Positions 10,888 through 24,710 are shown, counted from the stretch's first letter. The stretch is DNA of 64,000 bases from Octopus bimaculoides (GCF_001194135.2 NC_068986.1:85237661-85301660), one strand, 5' to 3'. Made by a program: numbers and translations. The notes: generated from the sequence alone by a model not told the origin.

Positions 10888-13108
10888 TCAATTAAATTAA
10901 CCAAATGACTGAAATTAATTGCTCTCATTCATGCGATATCAACTATTTAAAAGTTAAACATGCAGCAACTGGAGATACACGGAGAAAATAATACGCTCTT
11001 CAGGTTATAGGTTAGAAAGATGTATCTTCAGCCAACAATCAAAGGTTTTCTAATCGTAACCATCCCTTAAAATATGGGAGAATCATATATTCAGCATTTT
11101 ACACACCGGATTTTAGATTCCGAAAACTACAGCTATGTGATTGATGTACAAAGTGAAGGCGATATCTAAATTCTATTAGTTTTGCAAATTTGTATATAAA
11201 AATTCCTTTTGTTTTAAATATTAGAAGTTATGTATTAGTGATGTTCACACTAAAATCATAGATATTTCATAACGTATTCAGAATTTCCATCCGGGTATTA
11301 GAGAAATCCGAATTCGAAGGAGACTGAGGAGAATTGGCGTCGTCAACAATGATAATAGAAAATTCAGTGAGAGTGTGTTGAGTATCATTGTTTTACACTT
11401 TGTTGTATGGAGTGGATAAGCTGGGGTATATGCTAAGATTCTTGAAAAGAGTGTGATTAAAATGGCTGGTTGGTGGGGATCAAGAGTGAATAGATTATTT
11501 TGTAGAGACTTAGAGTGGTGAGGAAGTAATGCTAGTGACCGTGTGGTCTGTGGTAGTTAGGAGAATGAAAAAAGAGGTCTGGAATAAAAGTGATTGGGTT
11601 GAAAATGTGGGTGGACGGCAAAGCAATAGAAATACATGTTGGAGGGAAAAGTGTGACGCCAGTTAATCAAGAAAAGGGAAGTTCGGTGTGAAAGGTGTAG
11701 GATGATATACAAGCAGCCGATGTAATGCCAGGCAGGTAAAGTGCAGCGTATTTTAATTATTGATATAAGCATTTACACAGCTGCAATAGAACATGCAAAC
11801 TTGTAAGGCAACGATGAGCAGAACAGAAGAGAATAGGTGGCATTATTAGAACGTCGCGTATTCGTAAAGTAGGAGTACTTCTTCGCAAAATGAGTTGTAA
11901 ATTTTGGTCGATCGGATATGGGTCATAGTGCTAACAAACTTCAAAGAGAGTGCATGGAGCAAACAGAGAAAGAATAGTTGAAGTGACGAGCCAAACTCTT
12001 GATGTATGAATAACCAGGTTTATTTCATTTTCAGTAACAAATGTGTGTTGCTAACAATGTCGTAGAGGGTACTATCTAGATTCGGAGAAAAATGAGATTG
12101 CATATAATGTGCATATCTATAAAAGGAGATTTGTGAAAGATAATGTAAACTTCTTTTACTTTTAATGCGTTAATATCTCAGATGAATTCTAAGCCAATCA
12201 AATGCAACTAAGCCGAATTTGAACTCATGTTTAAGTTTACTTTTAAAGTTTATTATATTGAGTTATTTCTTTAGAAATATTTACAGAGAATTCAGAGTTT
12301 AGATTTTGTTTGAGTTCCATGTCTTTTCTTTACCGCGACACATTTTAATGGAATCAAATAGCTACAGACCGTAACAGGTGCCGGTTGAAGGATTTAGCTT
12401 GCTCAACGGTTTATAAAGTATTGACTACGTTGGTTATGGCATACGAAATCTAGTTATTAGTAATAATATTATCTAGAGTAACACTGGAATAAGTTTGGAC
12501 TGTGTAATGTAATATGGTTGCATAAAAGTAGGCTAAATGATTGCATTAGGCAATCAGTTCCAAACTAATGAACAGAGAGCTATATCCATTATCTTACTAA
12601 CTTTTCTAACCTTTTCAGCATCAAAAACTTTGGAGAGGTTTTCACATCAAGAGGTTTTCACTTAATGCATTAATCCAACCTCTTAACAGAATACGTCCTC
12701 GGGTGGGTGGATTTTGTGTTTTCTTTTCGTTTTGTTACATATCTTCAGATCATAATTTCTGTTCTTTCTTTTCTCGCATTATCTTTCTGTCTCTTTCTCT
12801 CTCTTTCTTTCTCACTATTTCCACTTATTTCACTTTCTCATTTCCACATGCTTTCTTTGCATTTCTTCCTTTCTTCCTTGTATACAGGTTGTCTCCCTTA
12901 CTTTTCCCCCTCACCAAATCTACTTCAAAAGTTGATAAATGCATGCAAAATTACGTGTATCTATGCCCATTTATCCATGTACGTATGTATACATGTATGT
13001 ATGTATGTATACATGCATGTTTGTATGCATCCATGCATGCGTGTATGTATGCATGCATGTATATACATATGTATGTGTATACACACACGTGTCTGCATGT
13101 TATCTACG

Positions 13109-13151
<43 letters not shown>

Positions 13152-13172
13152 TAGAAAATAGAGCTGATAAGG

Positions 13173-13286
13173 ATGGACTCATCGCTTAAGGACATACCTA
13201 TCCCACCTAAAGGCACATATGTTAAAGAACTAATTTTAAGAATAAATGAATTCATTCATAGAATACGCTGGAGGATACATCACTAG
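13173..13286 (+). mobile_element. Penelope-like element ORF N-terminal remnant
   Basis: Translates MDSSLKDIPIPPKGTYVKELILRINEFIHRIRWR, resembling the PLE N-terminal YSLKNIPIP...F..R.RW segment. Confidence 0.65.
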
Positions 13287-13942
13287 GATAAGAAGACTTC
13301 CCAGTTGGATGTAAACCAGGTTGGCAGAATAACATAGTCTGCCATAGACACCTGTGCTTTGGTTCTTTCTTTCTTTTTCTTTCTTTTTTTGTCACTTTTG
13401 CTATGAATTAAATTAATGAATTCAACGGGATACACCGTCTGCAAGTAGTTGGGTTCAGCATATTATCCTCCATTTTCTAATTGTTATACAAATTTTGGGT
13501 AAAACCTCCACTTTTACCCGCTCCCATTGATTGCACTTAGTATAGCACTAGTGTAGCAATAATTGGGTACCCTCCCAGCAGTATACTGGATAGATACTAT
13601 CCCTTAGTGGGTTGAACCCCCAACCCCTAACTCTCTCACGTTATATATATATATATNNNNNNNNNNNNNNNNNNNNNNNNNNNNNNNNNNNNNNNNNNNN
13701 NNNNNNNNNNNNNNNNNNNNNNNNNNNNNNNNNNNNNNNNNNNNNNNNNNNNNNNNNNNNNNNNNNNNNNNNNNNNNNNNNNNNNNNNNNNNNNNNNNNN
13801 NNNNNNNNNNNNNNNNNNNNNNNNNNNNNNNNNNNNNNNNNNNNNNNNNNNNNNNNNNNNNNNNNNNNNNNNNNNNNNNNNNNNNNNNNNNNNNNNNNNN
13901 NNNNNNNNNNNNNNNNNNNNNNNNNNNNNNNNNNNNNNNNNN

Positions 13943-13987
<45 letters not shown>

Positions 13988-14832
13988 GTATATATGCACA
14001 TATACACACTATATATGTATATATGTTCGTGCTTGTCACGCGTAGTGACAATGTACATGTGTCTGCCTATATATTTGTAGTCAGTGTGTTTATGATCCTG
14101 GATGCAAGCAAGTCAGACAGTGATCACGAAGCACGCTTCGCAAAAAAGATCCATTTCATTTAATAGGGTAGATTTTTCTGTATATGATTGTTGCACCAAA
14201 AGAGGCAACGCAGCTGACTATCTAGAAATGGAGGAAGAGAGATTATTCCTTCTTCGATTAAGCCTTCAAATTTCTTTTTAATATTGTTTTTGGAAAGGTA
14301 AGTGAGGGAGAAGAGGGAAATGTGATGACTATGGCCAAAATGGTTAGTGCGAATAGAACTATTCTAAATTTTCCTGTGTATTTGAAGAAAATGAATACTA
14401 GATTGCTTGTGCCTTTGGTTAAAGCAATCTTGTATATATGAGTTTCCTTAATTATTTCTAGTTTGAGGCTGTACTATATAAGGATGTTTATAATAGACAT
14501 GTATTCATATATTTTGGTATACTGTGTGTACTTATCATGTTATCTTTCCTACCCAGTTTTTCTTTATTCGCTAATTTTATGTAAATCCCAACATCATTGC
14601 ACTCCCTCTTTGTAAAGATCCCTACATCCATTTCCGCTGTAGCAAATAAAAGTCATCATGTCGTATTCTTTCCGAAAATATCTCACAAAGGCGAGAATAG
14701 TCTCCTATGTTACAGAAATTATCAAGGTTTCTTCTACTGTATCCAGCTGTTCAAACTTCTACGCTGATCTTTGTTGCTCCACCTCCGCCAGATTTCTTTA
14801 TCCACACCAGGCCAACTTTGTTTGTACATACA

Positions 14833-14866
<34 letters not shown>

Positions 14867-14884
14867 CATACATACATGCATACA

Positions 14885-14940
<56 letters not shown>

Positions 14941-14954
14941 CGTATAAGTAATAT

Positions 14955-15180
14955 TCGTAGCCCTTTTAACAAGGCTGTCCGTTCGAGCGGAATTTACTGC
15001 GACTTTTTAACCCGAAGAGAACATCTCCTTTAGCTGGTTAACGATGCACAGCTGCGTCCGATAAAACTGCGAGTAGAGGAGCGAAACCCTACCTTCTAGC
15101 GACGGGACCAGTAGATAAGTCCTGGTTTCGGGCTATTTCTGCCCCTCCTCAGTACTGGACACCTCGTCTGTCGAGATATA
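14955..15180 (-). mobile_element. Probable PLE pLTR-derived repeat carrying a hammerhead motif
   Basis: GC-rich island next to (TG)n that contains the hammerhead at 15108-15158. Confidence 0.5.
15108..15158 (-). ncRNA. Type-I hammerhead ribozyme motif with canonical core
   Basis: Minus strand: CCAGUA CUGAGGA G GGGC AGAAAUA GCCC GAAA CCAGGACUUA UC UACUGG. Helix I 6 bp, helix II 4 bp, AUC site; helix III reduced to the A-U pair. Confidence 0.65.
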
Positions 15181-16336
15181 TTCTTTATTGTGATAATATT
15201 TATCGGACGGAGGACACTACAGGACATCACAAATAAAAAGTGTTCACAGGTTCATAAATGAGTTTTAAAAATATGATGATGTGTTTACATTTAATTAAGA
15301 AAAAATTAAACCTTGGCCGTGAAGTCCACCTGCTACACCGTATTACTTTACATTTTTAGTTTGGGGAGGGACTGCACGCTTTCAGCTTCCTCCCCATCCT
15401 TTTCTTCTGTGGTGTAGCCGCTGAACTAACCATAAAACTTTGGCCACCCATCTCTTTGTTAACATCATTGATGTCGTCTGGGTATCTGTTTTTTTTTTAA
15501 TTCCGTGAATAAGTCCACCTCCATTCTAGCAATTCTAATATGAGGTGGCATGTCTTTTCTAATTTTATACACTTGAGCTTTATGGCTAGGTCGGATTACT
15601 GTGGAAAGCACCTAATAATTCTGCCAGAGATGACAGCAGCTCGCTTCTGCACGCAATATATATATATATANNNNNNNNNNNNNNNNNNNNNNNNNNNNNN
15701 NNNNNNNNNNNNNNNNNNNNNNNNNNNNNNNNNNNNNNNNNNNNNNNNNNNNNNNNNNNNNNNNNNNNNNNNNNNNNNNNNNNNNNNNNNNNNNNNNNNN
15801 NNNNNNNNNNNNNNNNNNNNNNNNNNNNNNNNNNNNNNNNNNNNNNNNNNNNNNNNNNNNNNNNNNNNNNNNNNNNNNNNNNNNNNNNNNNNNNNNNNNN
15901 NNNNNNNNNNNNNNNNNNNNNNNNNNNNNNNNNNNNNNNNNNNNNNNNNNNNNNNNNNNNNNNNNNNNNNNNNNNNNNNNNNNNNNNNNNNNNNNNNNNN
16001 NNNNNNNNNNNNNNNNNNNNNNNNNNNNNNNNNNNNNNNNNNNNNNNNNNNNNNNNNNNNNNNNNNNNNNNNNNNNNNNNNNNNNNNNNNNNNNNNNNNN
16101 NNNNNNNNNNNNNNNNNNNNNNNNNNNNNNNNNNNNNNNNNNNNNNNNNNNNNNNNNNNNNNNNNNNNNNNNNNNNNNNNNNNNNNNNNNNNNNNNNNNN
16201 NNNNNNNNNNNNNNNNNNNNNNNNNNNNNNNNNNNNNNNNNNNNNNNNNNNNNNNNNNNNNNNNNNNNNNNNNNNNNNNNNNNNNNNNNNNNNNNNNNNN
16301 NNNNNNNNNNNNNNNNNNNNNNNNNNNNNNNNNNNN

Positions 16337-16370
<34 letters not shown>

Positions 16371-16524
16371 CACACATATAAAATAAAAACAGCTCTACTA
16401 TAATAAATATTATTAACCACATATACTTAAAGTGTATGCTTCATATATTTTCCGTTGGCTGCAATAACGTGGTAGAGTATATACACTTTCAAAGCACCGA
16501 GTATTAAAGCAACGCGGAGGCATG

Positions 16525-16593
16525 ACAGGCGAAGTAATTCACCCTCAATCCCATCACTTCTAAATGGGATTGAGGGTGAGTTACCTCACCTGT
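16525..16593. other. 69-nt imperfect hairpin (pre-miRNA-like or MITE remnant)
   Basis: 30-nt arms with a perfect 16-bp core tcaccctcaatcccat/atgggattgagggtga and a 9-nt loop. Confidence 0.75.
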
Positions 16594-17619
16594 GTATGAC
16601 TTTTTTTTATCAACTGGCGCTTTGAAATTGTACATACTCTACCATGTTATTGCTGCCAACGTAATATGTCCTCTTTGATGTCAACTGTTTTGTGTCATTC
16701 GTCGTGCTTTTGTTAGGAAGGTCCTCTTTTTTCGGTTTATTAAAACCGAAAGTGCTTGATTCTAAAAATTCAGTTTGCTACGGCTGGAATTATCATAAGT
16801 ATGTTAATTTTACAGGTAATGCTATTGTCGTTGAAATGAATTTCAAGAGTAGTTTTGACTTTCGAATTTCCATTATCATTCTTATTCGCTCAGCTTTCGC
16901 GCCGTGTTACTTGCATTTATGTTTAATTACATACAGAAAGCGACATTGTCTGTCTTTGCATGATCCCCCATTCGTACAGTTACAAACCAACAGCATGGTT
17001 TGCTAATTTACGTCGTTTTATTATCTCCTTCATACATTTATCCAGCCTAAATATCATCATAAAATTGTTGCGGAATTACTTGCCTTTAATGTAGAGACAT
17101 CATCAATATTTTCAGCATATGGTTACGGTTATTCATGAAAAGCTGATGGCAGATGAGTCTGAAATTCAATTTCCTTACGTCATACTTCTAACTTGTTTTC
17201 TATTAACTAACACAAAGGCAACAATCATAGAATAAAATGAAAACCACAGGTACTATCACGTTAGAATATTCCTGGCTTAGATATTCATATGACACAGGAG
17301 CTTAGTCATAATGTTTTCTGTTACTGAATGAGAACTATCTACAAACTCTTCATTTTTTATACATTTCATCGTTTCAGTTAATCTGCTAGGGCGCATACTT
17401 TAAGACACAAGGGAAAGAAAACCGTTCGATTGATCTGGATTGCATATGTTCAAAGTAACGTCAAATCCTCATTTCGTTTATTGACGGATTCGGAGTGTCG
17501 TGTACAACTTAATTCTATGTACGTGTGCTATAACTTACAACGACATTTGCTCACTGATCAGAGTGAATGACCACCTTGTGTCGTAGTGACCATAGACCCA
17601 CTACTGCAGCGCTTTGCAT

Positions 17620-17945
17620 CCCACGAGAATCCATGTTTGCATATGCTGACGATGTCATCGTAATAATGTTTGTTGGGAATCAAATACATCGCGTTGATTA
17701 TTTCTACTCTAATGGAATACGAGGTCGTGACAGGAGTAGAAATTACCCAGAAGTCGTTTGGCCTGCGGGCCGCTACCTGATGAGTAATGTTTTGAGGTGG
17801 TGGATGGAGAGACCATTTAAATAGTTCGGAGCTTGATTTTGTCCAGAAAATCCAGATGGACAAGAGCTGGAAACAGATGACATGCAGAGTATTTGGTCTC
17901 ACCCAGAACTGGGTCGAGAAAAAGCTATTGAGGATACGAATTGAA
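17620..17945 (+). mobile_element. Tx1-clade LINE RT C-terminal remnant
   Basis: FAYADDV (RT catalytic motif); frameshifted EYEVVTGVEI.QKSFGL; QMDKSWKQMTCRV...WVEKKL. Confidence 0.7.
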
Positions 17946-19414
17946 AGCATTCCATTAATAAGATCTGTTGTTTTGTGCGTCGCCTACAGTGGAGAAACTG
18001 ACGGTCAATGAATAAGAATACAAAGAAAAACAGATGGCTTAATGAAAAGAGGGGAAAATTAAATGCAGGCATAACTGATCACATTTAATGTGAGATTGTT
18101 AACAATATACAAACGGGGATTGAAGTTTTCATTATAAAATAAATTGCAGCAGGAAATCGGTAAAGACTAAGAAACAGTAATTGTAGCGCTTAGAGATCAC
18201 AGACAGTAAATCTAGAAATAGCTTCAGCTGAAGATAGCTGCCATTATTGTACGGTCAAAGTTAAATTCAACCAACATACAATTACTTCACTGGATCAGAA
18301 TGTTAATAGATCATAATGTTAATAACCACTATTTAGAAATATGGAATCCAAGTCCAAATCCATTTTCAAAATAAACCAAATATTGCAGAATATAACGATG
18401 ATTTTAGATCGAACAGATCGAAATGTTGAATAAGTAAAAATATCCTGAACGTTGATAATAGATGGGTGGTGTTAGAGGATCGGTTACTGAGCGGAGGCAT
18501 TCGATAACAATCTCTCAATCATTTTAGTTGTATTATGTTAAGCTAAATTATGTAAGGATTTATAGTAAACTTTGACATTATATATTTGACGAATATGAAC
18601 GATCATTGATCACAATACTTCGATTGTTGTAACCAACCATAACATTTATTCAGAAGTGATGTATGAAGATTTCGCTAATTGCAGTCTTTGACTCCCGCGC
18701 AGCTCTCCGACCTCCTGATCCAGCGGAATATTTAAAATGTTATATGACAAGCAGAGAGAGGGGGGGGGAGAAAGATACAAAGAAGGAAAGGAAGTGAGAC
18801 AGACTGACAGAGATAAATACACAGAGAGGGACCGACAAACAGAGGGTTGTACTAGGCCTATACTCGTTTTCAACTGATTGGAGTGAGGCAATATGAAATG
18901 TTGCGCTTTGCTCAAGGACAAAACACGCCATCCGCTTACACTGTAACACTATTGGTATATTCTAATAAAAATATTTTTGTACAACAACCAGATATCTATT
19001 GGAATTAGTGTATGTTAATGTTAGACGGCTTGTCAAGGTTATCAGGTTTCATTGCATGAAACATAACATCAGAACATATCACAATAAGATTCTGAAAGCA
19101 TTAAAGTAATCATTGTCTAGGACATGACTGTCCACTCAGACAATCAAATTAAAGAGAATGTCTCTTGTATCATTGTGAATGACAGCTTGGAAACACGTTT
19201 CCTACAACAAAAATAATCAATCCCCGTGGATTTATTAAATTTCTTAACAAAATATAGAAGTTATGAAACACATGACATGTAATACAGAGCGATACTCCAC
19301 GATTCATCAATACCATTAATACCATTAATACCATTAATAGAATAGAATATGATGTCCATATTGTGTCCATCATTCATTTTGCAGATGGTAATGTATGTAT
19401 GTATTCTCTTATTC

Positions 19415-19683
19415 TTTTATTATTTTACTTGTTTCGGTCATTTGACTACAGCCATGCTGGAGCACTGCCTTTAGTCGAGCAAATCGACTCCAGGACTTAG
19501 TCTTTGTAAGCCTAGTACTTATTCTATCGGTCGCCTTTGTCGAAGTGCTAGATTACGGGGATGTAAACGTACCAGCATCGGTTGTCAAGCGATGTTGGTA
19601 GACAAACACAGGCAAACACAAAAACAGATATTGGGGGACAAACACAAGCGATGCTGGAGACACACACATACATACAAGCATAC

Positions 19684-19728
<45 letters not shown>

Positions 19729-19888
19729 TATTTACATATACATGACGGGATTCTTTCAGTTTCCGTCTACCAAATCCACTCACAAGGCGTTGGTCGGCCC
19801 GAGACTGTAGTAGAAGACTCTAACCCAAGATGCCATGAGAACCCGAAACCATGTTGTTGGTAAGCAAGCTACTTACTACACAGCCACA
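19415..19888 (-). mobile_element. tRNA-derived SINE family B
   Basis: Reverse-complement homology to 8286-9075 across tail, internal repeat and head. Confidence 0.85.
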
Positions 19889-20801
19889 TATATATTATAT
19901 ATGAGGAAAAATCAAAACCAAGACAAAACGACTATCTCAAGTCATGATGACAGAATAACCAGTGGACATGCTAATCAACTTGTGTTATACCAGAAACAGC
20001 TGTAAGACTTGAAATTCACCTTTGCCTAATTAAATTATTCTAAATGACTTGAGATACTCGTTCTGGGTTGGTTTTGATTTTTCCCATAATATAATATATA
20101 CATGCCATATTGGAGCTCTAACACGGCTCCCTAGATCCAGTCTTAGCTGTGTTCTTGGAACCTAATTGCCGACCATCTATAGCACTCACCCAGCGTTAAC
20201 TAAACCCTCGCATATTCTTTCTTTCTCTCTTCCTCTCTCTCTCTCTNNNNNNNNNNNNNNNNNNNNNNNNNNNNNNNNNNNNNNNNNNNNNNNNNNNNNN
20301 NNNNNNNNNNNNNNNNNNNNNNNNNNNNNNNNNNNNNNNNNNNNNNNNNNNNNNNNNNNNNNNNNNNNNNNNNNNNNNNNNNNNNNNNNNNNNNNNNNNN
20401 NNNNNNNNNNNNNNNNNNNNNNNNNNNNNNNNNNNNNNNNNNNNNNNNNNNNNNNNNNNNNNNNNNNNNNNNNNNNNNNNNNNNNNNNNNNNNNNNNNNN
20501 NNNNNNNNNNNNNNNNNNNNNNNNNNNNNNNNNNNNNNNNNNNNNNNNNNNNNNNNNNNNNNNNNNNNNNNNNNNNNNNNNNNNNNNNNNNNNNNNNNNN
20601 NNNNNNNNNNNNNNNNNNNNNNNNNNNNNNNNNNNNNNNNNNNNNNNNNNNNNNNNNNNNNNNNNNNNNNNNNNNNNNNNNNNNNNNNNNNNNNNNNNNN
20701 NNNNNNNNNNNNNNNNNNNNNNNNNNNNNNNNNNNNNNNNNNNNNNNNNNNNNNNNNNNNNNNNNNNNNNNNNNNNNNNNNNNATATATATATATATATA
20801 C

Positions 20802-20862
<61 letters not shown>

Positions 20863-20863
20863 T

Positions 20864-21292
20864 AGTTGAAATTTATAGAAAAACAAAAGACGAAGACATG
20901 TATATGAACAACAAATAAGTGTATTAGTTTGACGCTCGGTAAAGTGAGAAAGTCTTTTACGTTTCGAGCCTACGCTCTTCAACAGAAAGGAATAAGATGA
21001 AATGAAGAAAGAGGGAAAGGAAAAAACGTGTAGCGTTCAGCAGTCCAGCATGGCAAATTCGGCCATTGTTCTCAGGTCCAACATGGCCAATTCACCATGT
21101 GGGACCGCTGAACTCTACACGACTTTTTACATTCTCTCTGTGTGTTTATTTGCTCTTATTCCTTTCTGTTGAAGTGCGTAGGCTCGAAACGTAAAAGACT
21201 TTTTCATTTTTCCCTAGCGTCAAACTAATACATTTGCTTGATATTCATACACCTGTCTCCGTCTTTTGTTTTTCTATAAATTTCAACTATAT
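20864..21292. mobile_element. Inverted pair of PLE-type pLTR repeats, each with a hammerhead-like motif
   Basis: Arms about 20864-21000 and 21152-21292 are reverse complements with an approximately 150-bp spacer. Motifs at 20954-20989 (-) and 21162-21197 (+). Confidence 0.8.
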
Positions 21293-22046
21293 ATTATACG
21301 CTCACTTGGTTACACTAGTTTGATCCTGACTGAACTTCTTACTATTTGGACTTGCATATCTTAACCACTTTCCAAACTTTCATCCCCACTCCTTATCCAT
21401 ATAGCAGCACTCCACCTGCATCACCAATGGATCTACTGACTCTGAGATATGAGCATGCTTTTGTGTGTTTGTGTATCTTTTGAATTCGTTTCTAAAAGTA
21501 GATTGAGATTAAATTACGATCACAGTGGACAATGGCTAGTTGTAGCTCTGAGGAACTACAATTCTCCTTGGATTTGTTCTATAAAGGATGGCTACTCATT
21601 TGTGAAAAGAATAAACATAAAAAACTATATATTAGCAAGAATCCAAATCAATATATTTATTTAACCTCTACTTATTTACTCAGTTTTTATTATAACTTTT
21701 ATTTATTTAGATGTATTAATTTTATTTGTTGATAATTTAGTTGATTATATATATTTTTAGTTAAATTAACTTTTGCATTTTATGGAGGTGTGATTCACTA
21801 TGAAACTTCATAAGTATTAAAAATTGCAGCACATGTAAGGATCACAGCTATGAGTTAATTAGCATGTGCACCACTGGGAGTGAAGGACAAGGTAAACACA
21901 TATGTATATATAAAAAAATTCTGAAGTGCAAATAGTTTCTGGCCGTCTCAATCGCAATTGTGCCGCTAGTTTTACAACTGATAGTGCTGAAAAGTGAGTT
22001 CAGCACTGTGCATCGGTCGATGGTTTAGCTGACCGAGTCTTCGAAT

Positions 22047-22111
<65 letters not shown>

Positions 22112-22339
22112 ACTGTATTGATCACAAGTGGTGCAAAGCTCATTCAAGACAATACAAAGGGAAAGAGCAGTAGGGATGTACATAAACACACGTAAACATT
22201 AAAAAAAAACAACAACAAAAGTTATAAGAGCAAAACCCCCAATCGGAAGAACGCCATTCAGCATTGACAAAAGATCCCCACAAGATTACGAGTCACACTA
22301 TATACGAGAAGTACCAGGGCAAATGCTTTTCTTTTATTC

Positions 22340-22945
22340 ATAATTTTCAGACGACAAACGCATGTCTAGAGTAAGTGCATTCACCGAAACCATTCTCGCT
22401 ACATCTACTCACTCTTATAAATTTACTGGCGTTCAGCACAACCCTCTCCACCTTTGTTTTTCTTACCAAGAGGAACTTAAACATTGTAGATAAAAGCTTG
22501 GCCCAAAATGGAAATATTCGTCTTTAGTATTTTTGCATCCCAAATAGCCTCCTTTGACTTAGTCGCCGGACAGAAGAAAGCTACCTGCCGGTCCCCATTA
22601 AAGGAAAGTAGTAGATTTTCACGATGAACTCAACTGATAGCTGGATCCAACCTACTTGTTAAACAGCTTTTCGACACAACTCCATAAGTCAGCAATGCTT
22701 GTTTACTGCACGAACAGGAGGTTTCGTAGCTCTGGGTGCATCTCGCATAGGTGTGATTGATAGCTTGATAGCACTAAGATACCTTCACATCCGTCTTTGG
22801 TGCATCGTCCACCCCATTCAGTTGAGCCAAGTACCATGGACGAGCATCTTCTCGCAATCGAGTAGCACGCACCCCTCTCGATCCGTTAAAGACCGAATTG
22901 TGGCTTTGTTGCCGCTTTACACAAGTGACGACCGAACCCATTGAA
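22340..22945 (-). mobile_element. Tx1-clade LINE 3' ORF2 remnant
   Basis: Reverse complement aligns by eye to 44940-45350 (zinc-knuckle region to ORF end). Confidence 0.7.
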
Positions 22946-23744
22946 AAGCAAAACAGGAATTTTGAAAAAAGTATCTATAACACTATTTTTTAAACAATGA
23001 GTGGCTTTGGGGTTCCACCAGAATAAGATAGTAATCAAAGGCGTCCATAGATAAAAAAATTACTGAATAACAACTTTTCTTTATTAAATCGTTATTTGCA
23101 TATTCATTCTTAATGTATCTAGGCAAGTTCAGACGCAAAATATGCTTGTTGCTATAGCGCGTCAAAGGAGGAAAACTTCACTATTTTATGACGAGAGTGA
23201 GCTCAATACGTTCAACTCATTGGAGCAAAAGATTCTAAGACGTTGGTATTTCGACATGCTCTGTCTCATAAGCCAGATGTACTCCGGTCCTTTGAATCTA
23301 GCCAAGCAGCTGGCGTCTCTTTATACTTTCAGTGCACAAAATATCTGCAGGTCGGTGCTTATATCTGCTAATATATATATACAATCGTTATATACACCAT
23401 ATAGAGCGAGATCTGAAGGGAACATTTAGCATATTTATTCTTAATAAGTTTCTTTGTCAAGAGGAAATATAATACAATTAAAAAATATATTTTCTAGCAT
23501 ATTTTGTGAACAAGAGCGTCGTTGATTATAAGAAGTTTACTTCTCGCCACTTTTCTCGTTTTCTAAAGGGTATTTACCTGATTGTCTAAGCTTCGCAAAT
23601 TCCTCTATTTATATAGAATACCGACACATGCGGCGCGTATAAGTTTGTTTATTATATATATATATATATNNNNNNNNNNNNNNNNNNNNNNNNNNNNNNN
23701 NNNNNNNNNNNNNNNNNNNNNNNNNNNNNNNNNNNNNNNNNNNN

Positions 23745-23788
<44 letters not shown>

Positions 23789-24274
23789 GTTGTTTGTTCT
23801 CCACCAACGCTTGACAAAGGCATTGCTGAGTTTGCTTCCATGTATTTCAGCGGTCTGGTCAAAGACACCAATGGATAAAAGTTGAACACTGGAGTCAGTG
23901 CAATCGACTTGGGTAAGAGTAAAAGCTACACCCTTCTATCAAGCCAGTGTAGCAGAATAGGCCCTTCAAACAAGTATGATCTCAAGCTCAAATACTCAGC
24001 CTCCCACATCAGACTGTAGTTGGTGGAAAGAACATACTGAGGCCTTCCTACTTCAGTGATTTGAACACAGGCAGTCCACTCCCAAAAGTCATGCGGAAAT
24101 TTATCAGAACCCGTTGCTGGTCTATCTGATTTCAAGAGTCGGGTTAGCTAAGTAGACATTCTAAGGCATATCATTGAAATATGTAAGACAGCATTGAAAG
24201 TAACTCACTGCACAATCTTATTGTGACCATTGTGGCTAATGAAGAAATTCTTCTTCGTCTTCTTCTTCTTCTTC

Positions 24275-24305
<31 letters not shown>

Positions 24306-24384
24306 GATTATTATTATTATTATCATTATTATTCTTGTCGTTTTTGTTGTTTTTGTTGCTGTTGTTGTTATTGTTGTTGTTATT

Positions 24385-24710
24385 GAAGTAAGAAGAAGAG
24401 ATATTATCATAGAGGACAAAATAAACAAACTATATAAGATATTAGTCTTTGTGATCCCCAATGATAACAGAGTCGTTACCAAAGTAATTGAACAAATGAG
24501 AGCTAGAGAGCAGAATATACTATGGAATACTAAGACAACAATTATTCCTGTGGTAATTACTGCACTTGGCCCAATGCAACCTGAGACACTGAACGACAAT
24601 TGAAATGAGATTCGCACTGTTAACCGGCAGAAAATCATCATCCTATATTCTGCAGGAATCATAATGATTTTTGAGATCTGAGGAGACTTGCTGTCACCAA
24701 ACCTCTAGAC
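24385..24710 (+). mobile_element. R4/Dong-like RLE retrotransposon 3' fragment (degenerate)
   Basis: RRDIIIEDKINK...VIPNDNRVVTK...LWNTKTTIIPVVITALG, an REL endonuclease C-terminus. Confidence 0.65.

Noticed and set aside
11340-11990. Possible degenerate PLE GIY-YIG region on the minus strand (IKIRCTLPAWHYIG)
   Set aside because: Similarity is too weak to support by eye.
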